From a virus (lineage: Duplodnaviria; Caudoviricetes), in the IMG/VR virus record IMGVR_UViG_3300030109_001650, positions 1 through 34,261 of that record: a stretch of 34,261 bases of DNA; one strand, written 5' to 3'. Below are positions 27,735 to 34,261 of this stretch, in pieces (position 1 is the stretch's first letter; every line of letters starts with the position of its first letter). Both the position numbers and the translations under genes were made by a program. Under the pieces are notes generated by a model that was given only the letters and a program-made list of their open reading frames with translations, had not been told where the DNA came from and made no database searches.

Positions 27735-29292
27735 TACAGTATTGCTGTTGATGATAAGCACAGCATATGCTGATGTAACAGGTAATCTTATTACGAACGG
27801 CACGTTTGATAATGGGACTACAGGGTGGACTACATCTGGTGATGCACAACGAATTGGAGATTGCTGTCCGGGTGGACATGACCTAGAGTTTGGAGACAGC
27901 GGATCTATCGAACAAGACTTCAATCTATACTCAGATACTATTACTCAACCAATGCTCAACAATGGTATTACTCTCAACTCTACAGTAGAAGTACAAAATG
28001 GTGAGTGTGGAGTGCAAGGATGTTGGGGTGGTAGTGGACCAGCTGACAGCTTTACAATTAGATTACAGATACGTGACGAGAATAGCAATGTCTTAGCTAC
28101 AACTACACAGGAGAGATATAATGTTACAGGAATTAATGGCAAAGATTTTACAGACAGTCTTACGTATACAGGGATTGGCAGTAATATTGGAAACATTTAT
28201 ATTAGTGGTGCTGATAGCAATAGTCCTGCTAGTCTTGGTGGTGCTAATGTAGATAATATATCAGTTACAATGACGTATGATCCAACAGTATTGAGCTTAG
28301 TCGAAACACAAATTATAGCTACAGCATTTGAACAGATAGAAGAAGTGCTAACTGTAGTTAGTCCAGAAGAATTATTTATATATGAAGAATTTATAGTAGA
28401 AGAATTTATACCCTTTGAAGAACCTGAATTAGTTATTGAAATGTTTAGTGAGATATATATAGAAGAAGTAGCAGTAGAAGAAATCAATGCTGGTGTTGTT
28501 AATGTATTTACATTAGCAGTGCCTGAAGAATTAATAGAGATAAGTCCTATAGCTATGATAGAAACATTTGAAGAGATGCCTATCATTCCTATAGAAATGT
28601 TTGAAGAAATACCAATGGAGGTAACATATGGTAATCAGGAGACAATCGAGGAAATCTCAACAGAAGTCGAAGTCCCAGAAGAAAGAGTTGAAGTTGAGCA
28701 AACCCAAAACAACGAGACAAGAGTTGAAGGATCTGAAAGCACAGAGGAAATCGCAAGTGAGCCAGAACAAAATCAACCTGTCGAACGAAACGCTAACGTT
28801 GAACAAGGAAGCGAAAGAGATACGAGAACAAGCTCAAGCGAAACAGAAACAATTGCAACAGAAGAACCAAGAGAATCTAACACCGAGACCGATAGGGACA
28901 TTGGATCTACAGAAGAAGTCGTTGTTGAAAGTAATGTTAGAGAAAATGTTCCAGATGTTTCGATAGCAGATATACAAAGACAAGTAGAACAAACAACACA
29001 ATCAATTGATAAACAATTAGTAAATGTACAGTTAGTAGTAGCAAAGGTAATGCAAAACAATACTGTACTTGAGGCATACTCTAATAAACAGTATAATGAT
29101 AACAATGAAAGAATGGTTAACATCAACATTGACGAGTATATACTTCAAGACTATACGGATAATCGTCAGATATACAGTGACATGCAGGGTATTCCTGTCG
29201 ACATTGTGGCTCAGTCTCAGACTAGAATATCTGAAGCGGTTTCCGAAAGGATAAGAACTGAAGAACACTTGAGAAGAATACGTGGATATTAA
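27721..29292 (+). CDS. Exported protein with carbohydrate-binding-like domain and long acidic stalk
   Basis: Signal peptide MKKISTVLLLMISTAYA, NLITNGTFDNGTTGWT...VDNISV beta-sandwich-like domain, Glu-rich central region. Confidence 0.75.
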   Translation: MKKISTVLLLMISTAYADVTGNLITNGTFDNGTTGWTTSGDAQRIGDCCPGGHDLEFGDSGSIEQDFNLYSDTITQPMLNNGITLNSTVEVQNGECGVQGCWGGSGPADSFTIRLQIRDENSNVLATTTQERYNVTGINGKDFTDSLTYTGIGSNIGNIYISGADSNSPASLGGANVDNISVTMTYDPTVLSLVETQIIATAFEQIEEVLTVVSPEELFIYEEFIVEEFIPFEEPELVIEMFSEIYIEEVAVEEINAGVVNVFTLAVPEELIEISPIAMIETFEEMPIIPIEMFEEIPMEVTYGNQETIEEISTEVEVPEERVEVEQTQNNETRVEGSESTEEIASEPEQNQPVERNANVEQGSERDTRTSSSETETIATEEPRESNTETDRDIGSTEEVVVESNVRENVPDVSIADIQRQVEQTTQSIDKQLVNVQLVVAKVMQNNTVLEAYSNKQYNDNNERMVNINIDEYILQDYTDNRQIYSDMQGIPVDIVAQSQTRISEAVSERIRTEEHLRRIRGY

Positions 29293-29506
29293 AACAATAG
29301 CAGGTATTATTGGTTTAGTTATAACTATAGGTGGGTTGTTTGTTTATCAAGGACAATTGATTCAAAGAGTAGAAGTATTAGAGTCACGTTCTGCTCCAAA
29401 CATTAAACCATTAGAACAAGATATAGCAATTAATAAAGCTGAGATAGCAGTAATCAATGCAAAGATTAATGAAATTAAAGCACGCTCTGATAATCCACTA
29501 AGATAA
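29282..29506 (+). CDS. Small TM plus coiled-coil protein
   Basis: GTG start, N-terminal hydrophobic helix, heptad pattern, C-terminal NPL. Confidence 0.7.
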   Translation: MDIKTIAGIIGLVITIGGLFVYQGQLIQRVEVLESRSAPNIKPLEQDIAINKAEIAVINAKINEIKARSDNPLR

Positions 29507-29539
29507 GCTACTAACAGGACTGCTATCACTGTTAGTAGT
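29507..29539. terminator. Stem-loop at the convergence of the late (+) and early (-) modules
   Basis: ctactaacag/ctgttagtag 10-bp stem (29508-29517/29529-29538); no strong U tract. Confidence 0.5.
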
Positions 29540-29864
29540 ATTCTTCCCAGTCGATAGATTCATACATTTCTTCCCATGTAGATAACAGATACTCTTCAGT
29601 ACCATACTTAGCTTCAAAGCTACGTCTACCCATACCATGATAACCCTTGTTACCACGATGATGGTCAACACATAAAGGTATACACTTTACATTTCTTTGA
29701 GACATACCCATACCCTGCCTTAAGTGATGTATCTCAGTAGGTGTAGTCTGTTTCTCTCCTGAGTCTCGACAAGCAATGCATCCAGTTTCAGCCATCCTTT
29801 GATACAAAGCTTGTCTTTTGTTTTTGATTACTATAGATAATCTTCTATCTTTCTTGCTTACCAT
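29532..29864 (-). CDS. Ref-like (recombination enhancement) HNH nuclease
   Basis: GCIAC, EIHH.R.G.GM, IPLC..HHR and G.H....FE.KYG.E..LL motifs. Confidence 0.85.
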   Translation of the reverse strand: MVSKKDRRLSIVIKNKRQALYQRMAETGCIACRDSGEKQTTPTEIHHLRQGMGMSQRNVKCIPLCVDHHRGNKGYHGMGRRSFEAKYGTEEYLLSTWEEMYESIDWEEYY

Positions 29865-30069
29865 CTTGGCTAACTAAGGTAATATTCCTTTGCATATTTG
29901 GTTTCATGTCTACGTATCCTAATACATATAATTTTTTTACTATCTTATGTGCGTGGGATTTACTGCTTAGCCCAACCTCATCAGTAATTTCCTGATAGGT
30001 TGGACTAACACCATGCGTGTCCAGATAGTTTTCAATATGACTAAGTACTGCCAATTGTAAATGTGTCAT
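29845..30069 (-). CDS. LexA-like winged-helix DNA-binding protein (no protease domain)
   Basis: MT..Q..VL..I......G.SPTY.EI...VGL.SKS..H..V..L...GY pattern; likely start ATG 30069. Confidence 0.8.
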   Translation of the reverse strand: MTHLQLAVLSHIENYLDTHGVSPTYQEITDEVGLSSKSHAHKIVKKLYVLGYVDMKPNMQRNITLVSQDGKQER

Positions 30070-30070
30070 T

Positions 30071-30481
30071 TTAGAATGGAACATCATCACCAGATGGCTT
30101 GGCTTTGAATGGATCTACACTTTCTTTGCTTGATGATTCTTCATCACGTTTGCCTAGAAAGATAACATCATTTATTTTTACACTAGGTACTCTGTTGCCA
30201 TCTTCTTTTTCCCAGTAGTTAAATGTACCAGATACGTGTACTTGTTTACCTTTGGTTAGATATGGCATGACTGCATCTATCCTAGACATAGGGTTCTCTG
30301 AATAACTATTAGGGAACATGGCACAGTTGTGCCACATAGGTGCAGTTTGTTTTGTGCTTGGATCATAAGTATCAGTAGCTAGGGAGAAGACAAGCATAGA
30401 GTTACCATTACGTAAATCTTTTAGCTCAGCATCTTTACCTAGTCTACCGATAAGTCTAATCTCACATAGTGAGTTAGGCAT
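30071..30481 (-). CDS. ssb: Single-stranded DNA-binding protein
   Basis: LIGRLGKDAEL, FSLAT, WHNC, LTKGKQVHVSG and acidic tail DDVPF. Confidence 0.93.
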   Translation of the reverse strand: MPNSLCEIRLIGRLGKDAELKDLRNGNSMLVFSLATDTYDPSTKQTAPMWHNCAMFPNSYSENPMSRIDAVMPYLTKGKQVHVSGTFNYWEKEDGNRVPSVKINDVIFLGKRDEESSSKESVDPFKAKPSGDDVPF

Positions 30482-30764
30482 TTTTCTTTTCCTCCTTTTC
30501 TTTAGCTACTTGTTCATCTATAGCTGCATTAATTTTCATGCACCTTTCATGCACTGCATTTAATCGTACTAACTCATCAGCTATATAGTGTGTCCACTGT
30601 GCTAATCTACTTCTGACTAGAAACCTTGACAAAGATTCTTCTTTATCTGTTACAGGATTTATGAATGTATATTCCTGATGGTCAGGATCTTTAGCCAAAC
30701 GATTTTCTTGTTCTTCTTTGACATAGTCATTAGGTGTTTTATCAATGTTGGTTATTTTGGTCAT
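30474..30764 (-). CDS. Hypothetical protein
   Basis: 96-aa ORF overlapping both neighbours in the operon. Confidence 0.7.
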   Translation of the reverse strand: MTKITNIDKTPNDYVKEEQENRLAKDPDHQEYTFINPVTDKEESLSRFLVRSRLAQWTHYIADELVRLNAVHERCMKINAAIDEQVAKEKEEKKNA

Positions 30765-31212
30765 TTAATTGTGCCTCCGCTATTTTATTTAGTTTGTTAT
30801 GTGCATCAGATTTCACTCTGTTGCCTGTTGGTTCTTTGAAGTCTACAGATTCTGAATCAGAATATATGTATGCATGAGCATTGAGTAGTTTCAAGATACA
30901 TCTATCGACTGCTCTTTTCTCTGCCATAGCATATGGGAATTGACTGACAGTATTCTTGCCTGTGCTTTCACCTAATGATTCAATGACTCTATCACCTGAC
31001 TGCGCTATACATTTAACAACAACATCTGGACTATAGTTTAATACTTCTAGTGTCCATGTAATGTTATCTTGTGCAGCGACTTTTTCTAAAGCGTTATGCT
31101 TTATTATCCACTGACTTTTACCGCCTCGTTTGAGTTGCCAAAAGTCTGTAGCTTCTAGTTTGTATGTAGTTTTAAACTCATTAACTAGACTATCACTATA
31201 ATTACTCTCCAT
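30742..31212 (-). CDS. Putative single-strand annealing protein (Rad52/ERF-superfamily-like)
   Basis: AMAEKRAVDR.ILKL..IYS.SE motif; sits between exonuclease and SSB. Confidence 0.55.
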   Translation of the reverse strand: MESNYSDSLVNEFKTTYKLEATDFWQLKRGGKSQWIIKHNALEKVAAQDNITWTLEVLNYSPDVVVKCIAQSGDRVIESLGESTGKNTVSQFPYAMAEKRAVDRCILKLLNAHAYIYSDSESVDFKEPTGNRVKSDAHNKLNKIAEAQLNDQNNQH

Positions 31213-31993
31213 TATTGGTCTCCTTTATGGTTAGTATGTTACGTTTATTGCGAGTAACAACGATACCCGCACCCTCTGCCTTACGACAATCATCTGGAAC
31301 AAGTCCTCTAATTGTTTTCTTGCAATTATCAAATGCTTTAGCTATTGGTTTACACTTGTTATATGTATCAGCTAAAGCAATCCATTCGACATCAGTATCC
31401 ATATCCTTTACAGTCATACCATTGAGAGGTATGTTCTTTGGTGGATCTGGTAACTCAGATTCAAAACCTTTAGGTTCAGTATTTGTTTCAACAAACATCC
31501 AGAAAGCTTTCTCTAGTTTATATAGCTTACGTTGATACTCTGGATCTACATCTATAACTGCATGCTCATGTCTGCTATTACCAAATATGACAGACAGATA
31601 TATATAATCTGTTTTGCTATGCATCATGTAGTGTTGTAGTTGTGGGTAATAATACTCTGCTACTTTTTCAAAATTATTTTGTTCGTAAGTATGCTTTGCT
31701 TCTATAAGAATACCAGCATGGTCTCCATCTGTTATGATTCCATCACAATGAGATGCCATAAATTCTTCTTGTAATACATTGTATTCATGTTGTATTCCAC
31801 AATCTAATTCATATTGTAAGAATTCTAGATTAACTTTCTCTGTTGCTATGCCTATTTGTACTGCTAGTTTTCTAGATAAATCTTCAGGTTCAGCACGACC
31901 TGTTTTTTCTTGCCATAATGCTAACCAATCACCATTGATTATTCTGCCAGCATCTGATCCACCTATATAACCTTTACGGTCTTTTATATTCAT
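31202..31993 (-). CDS. YqaJ-like (lambda-type) recombination exonuclease
   Basis: R.GYIGGSDA, LWQEKTG, ASHCDG, IEAKH and YYPQLQHYM motifs. Confidence 0.92.
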   Translation of the reverse strand: MNIKDRKGYIGGSDAGRIINGDWLALWQEKTGRAEPEDLSRKLAVQIGIATEKVNLEFLQYELDCGIQHEYNVLQEEFMASHCDGIITDGDHAGILIEAKHTYEQNNFEKVAEYYYPQLQHYMMHSKTDYIYLSVIFGNSRHEHAVIDVDPEYQRKLYKLEKAFWMFVETNTEPKGFESELPDPPKNIPLNGMTVKDMDTDVEWIALADTYNKCKPIAKAFDNCKKTIRGLVPDDCRKAEGAGIVVTRNKRNILTIKETNNGE

Positions 31994-32008
31994 GTTGCTA
32001 TCTCCATG

Positions 32009-32039
32009 TTGTTCTATAATTGTACTACTTTTTAGCTAT
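32009..32039 (-). promoter_or_regulatory. 31-bp repeated promoter/operator, copy 1 (upstream of the exonuclease operon)
   Basis: The - strand reads ATAGCTaAaAaGTAGTACAATtATAGAACAA, 27/31 identical to 33643-33673; contains TACAAT and GTAC-N7-GAAC. Confidence 0.7.
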
Positions 32040-32453
32040 ATAATCTACCAAATACTTGCTTGGTTGTATCTTTGCACCTGATTTAATAAAGCGTTGTAGC
32101 TTTATAAATGCATTGGTAATAGAGATAAGCCAGTCTCTATGTTCTTCGTAGTCAGGTTTGCACCTATCAACAAATTCTTTGGGCAATGGTAAACGTGGAT
32201 ATTTATATTCAACTAGTATATCTTGCACACATTTTTGCAGTACGAACATAGGATATTTAGTAAGCTCAGTCAGATATACTTCAATACCTATTTCATTAGG
32301 TACTTGTATCTGGAATGTAGAAGCAATAACTTCTAGTCCCTCAGCTACATCCATACGTGTACATGGTTGCATTAGTTTATTAGCAACAGTTAATATATCC
32401 AACCCAGCTACATCAATCCCTTTTCTTGTTTGAAATGTTGAGGATGTTTCCAT
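32025..32453 (-). CDS. Putative helicase loader/replication accessory protein
   Basis: Likely start ATG 32453 (GGAGGAG upstream); Y...L..YP..VL.......L.....P.LP.P.EF...C pattern; follows the DnaT-like gene. Confidence 0.5.
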   Translation of the reverse strand: METSSTFQTRKGIDVAGLDILTVANKLMQPCTRMDVAEGLEVIASTFQIQVPNEIGIEVYLTELTKYPMFVLQKCVQDILVEYKYPRLPLPKEFVDRCKPDYEEHRDWLISITNAFIKLQRFIKSGAKIQPSKYLVDYIAKK

Positions 32454-32760
32454 TTGATTTAGAATCTCCTCCTTTCGCAACTCTAACAAGACGTGACTTT
32501 CTGTCTGAAACATCCTTGGTAGACGTTGCAACGTGGCTTGATGGTTTGGATCTCCTACGTTTGTCAAAGTTTTCTGCACACCAGAACTCGAAACGAGCGT
32601 CCCAATCTGCATATACTTTTCCAGAAGCTCGGAACCATCGTCTGAATTGTTTATGCTCATATTGTATATCCTCAATAGTAGACTCAGGATAATCAGACCT
32701 GAGATTATTTACAGTGTCTGGGCTTGGCACCCAGTCATTTGGTATTTTAGTTCTTGCCAT
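32413..32760 (-). CDS. DnaT-like domain protein (putative replication initiator component)
   Basis: IPNDWVPS...FRRWF......YADWDARFEFW resembles DnaT-type domains of phage initiators; likely start ATG 32760. Confidence 0.6.
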   Translation of the reverse strand: MARTKIPNDWVPSPDTVNNLRSDYPESTIEDIQYEHKQFRRWFRASGKVYADWDARFEFWCAENFDKRRRSKPSSHVATSTKDVSDRKSRLVRVAKGGDSKSNGNILNISNKKRD

Positions 32761-33064
32761 GTGTACCTTTCCAGTATCGTATATCATCAGCAAAGTTGTA
32801 TGTATCAGCTAGACTGTCACGTGTTTGAAAGAAACCGGGACATGTTCTGTATGTCATATACATCCGCGCGTAATAAGCTTTGTAATTGTTATTGCATTTG
32901 ATTTGATCGCCAGTGGTATCAATATCACAATGCCATCTTACACGTTCCCATACCGCAGCAACACCATAGTGTTGATACACTTGTCTTACTTCATCTGCAA
33001 ACTGACAGAAGTATCCAAATACTTTAGGGTTTGCGCGATGAAATGATTTAAAGTTTGTCATCAT
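32747..33064 (-). CDS. Conserved phage hypothetical protein
   Basis: FH.ANP.V...F..FA, ERVRW, NNNYKAYYAR and GFFQTR pattern. Confidence 0.75.
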   Translation of the reverse strand: MMTNFKSFHRANPKVFGYFCQFADEVRQVYQHYGVAAVWERVRWHCDIDTTGDQIKCNNNYKAYYARMYMTYRTCPGFFQTRDSLADTYNFADDIRYWKGTHGKN

Positions 33065-33348
33065 TACTCCTTTTTGTTTGTTAATTTATCTAGTTCTTTC
33101 CATATCTGGTCAGTAACTATCTCGATTAATTTTTTGTGTGCTATTTGTTTGGCACGTTCTTTGAGTTCATGTCTACCAATAGGTTCATTGTCACCAAAGA
33201 AAGCACTACCATTTACAGTGACTTGCCAGTAATGACCAGTCGATCCATCATGGTGTCTAGGTACTTTAGCTAGTACTAATGTTATATCATGATTGATATA
33301 TACATGAGATGAGTATGTGCTAGATTTACCAGCAACTTTTTTCCACAT
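33064..33348 (-). CDS. Hypothetical protein
   Basis: 94-aa ORF with GGAGTGGA upstream, coupled downstream. Confidence 0.7.
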   Translation of the reverse strand: MWKKVAGKSSTYSSHVYINHDITLVLAKVPRHHDGSTGHYWQVTVNGSAFFGDNEPIGRHELKERAKQIAHKKLIEIVTDQIWKELDKLTNKKE

Positions 33349-33377
33349 AGTTTTCCACTCCTGCCTCTCGGCTCTGA

Positions 33378-33623
33378 TTATTTTTGATTCATCCTCTCTG
33401 CCATTTCATCTAACTCACTTGTAATATGTACATCCATATTCTCAATGACTTTGTATATAGTCATGAGACCATCACGATACCCGGTGTCATACGATATGTC
33501 ACACCTTGCTTCGAATGGGACAGAAGTATTTTTATATTTAGGTGGCAACTCACTGATCTTGTTGCGAAGTTTATCCTCACAAAACAACATCAACTGTTGC
33601 GTTAGTTTATAACTTGGTGTCAT
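33378..33623 (-). CDS. Hypothetical protein
   Basis: 81-aa ORF with GGAGAGAG upstream. Confidence 0.7.
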   Translation of the reverse strand: MTPSYKLTQQLMLFCEDKLRNKISELPPKYKNTSVPFEARCDISYDTGYRDGLMTIYKVIENMDVHITSELDEMAERMNQK

Positions 33624-33642
33624 TTTCTCTCTCCACTATTGT

Positions 33643-33673
33643 TTGTTCTATTATTGTACTACATATAAGCTAT
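33643..33673 (-). promoter_or_regulatory. 31-bp repeated promoter/operator, copy 2
   Basis: The - strand reads ATAGCTtAtAtGTAGTACAATaATAGAACAA; intergenic, upstream of ORF 33378-33623. Confidence 0.7.
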
Positions 33674-33999
33674 TTGAGGTAGCCCTTTCGCATCCATGAT
33701 TGGATCTGTATTGAATCCAGCCAGTCAGATACCTTTGGAATGTAACCACAATCTTCAGTTATATGTCGCTCAGCTATTAATCTTACAGGAACTTTACGTC
33801 CATCACTATTGGTTATCGTAGTGCCGAACACTTGTTCACACATAAAGCAACCCTCAGTGTGATGTCGCAAAGCCCTATGTTTTACAGTAGCTATATGTTT
33901 CTTACTATCATCAAACCAATCATGAATGGGTTGGTAATCCTCTGGGATTCCGCCCCATTTCTGGACTGATGATAGCGCATGATGATAACAATTAGCCAT
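33670..33999 (-). CDS. DUF6915-like protein
   Basis: HHALSS..KWGG.PEDY..IHDWFD.SK, HRALRHH.EG and VPVR.IAE.HI.ED.G.IP...DWL motifs. Confidence 0.85.
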   Translation of the reverse strand: MANCYHHALSSVQKWGGIPEDYQPIHDWFDDSKKHIATVKHRALRHHTEGCFMCEQVFGTTITNSDGRKVPVRLIAERHITEDCGYIPKVSDWLDSIQIQSWMRKGYLK

Positions 34000-34261
34000 T
34001 GTCTATCTCCTTAAATCTATGACATTCAGATTCTCGATAGTAAGTTTCGCAATCAATAATGAGTTCACCATCTTGATAGATTACATCACCATGACCACCT
34101 TCATTGTTATACCAATCAATAGATACATAGTTCATATAGTCACCAATAAACTCAGTGATATATTCAGACAACGTAGTAGACCTATGTTCTTCTGATTCAT
34201 GTGGTTTATACCAGACGTACTTATGTCCTAACCTCATTGGATCACGATAATAATCATCTAA
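33992..34261 (-). CDS. 3' part of the junction-spanning DUF6878-like protein
   Basis: In frame with 1-355 across the terminal repeat; DWYNNEGGHG motif. Confidence 0.85.
   Translation of the reverse strand, partial: LDDYYRDPMRLGHKYVWYKPHESEEHRSTTLSEYITEFIGDYMNYVSIDWYNNEGGHGDVIYQDGELIIDCETYYRESECHRFKEIDNG
34204..34261. repeat. Terminal direct repeat, right copy
   Basis: 56/58 identical to positions 1-58. Confidence 0.95.

Noticed and set aside
28628-29254. Alternative-frame ORFs 28628-28966 and 29069-29254 (+)
   Set aside because: Arise from the GAA-rich low-complexity region of the 523-aa gene; no independent evidence.
32454-32675. N-terminal extension of ORF 32025-32675
   Set aside because: Overlaps the DnaT-like gene over a long stretch; an RBS-supported ATG lies at 32453.
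1-34261. tRNA, rRNA, CRISPR array, integrase/att site, reverse transcriptase/DGR, alternative genetic code
   Set aside because: No cloverleaf, spaced repeat array, recombinase or RT motif, or TR/VR pair seen by eye; genes tile densely under the standard code.

Overview
The window is an apparently complete, circularly permuted ~34.2 kb AT-rich podovirus genome. Bases 1-58 recur at 34204-34261 with 2 substitutions, and one gene is split across that junction. The + strand (2467-29506) carries terS, three basic variable ORFs, terL, portal, scaffold, major capsid, T7-like tail tubes A/B, internal virion proteins, a multi-gene tail fibre cassette, a holin-like gene, tiny basic proteins and secreted-type proteins. 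The - strand (2060 leftward through the junction to 29532) carries small early genes (DUF2958-, DUF6878- and DUF6915-like), a DnaT-like/loader pair, a YqaJ exonuclease, an annealing-type protein, SSB, a LexA-like HTH and a Ref-like HNH nuclease. I recognised no DNA or RNA polymerase, helicase, integrase or endolysin; the layout resembles HTVC010P-type marine podoviruses (inference). The most striking element is a ~1.3 kb imperfect, bulge-rich inverted repeat (about 1451/1508 to 2776/2817, axis ~2150) where the two transcription units diverge. It pairs an entire unknown 157-aa gene with the leader and most of the unrelated terS gene, and has back-to-back TTGACA hexamers and a forked apex of GNA-triloop mini-hairpins. 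This suggests a functional folded single-stranded nucleic acid. Other signals: hairpin arrays in early intergenic regions, a 31-bp repeated operator-like motif, strong CCWGG avoidance and a possible ADP-ribosyltransferase-like protein. All family assignments are from motif recognition by eye, not database searches.
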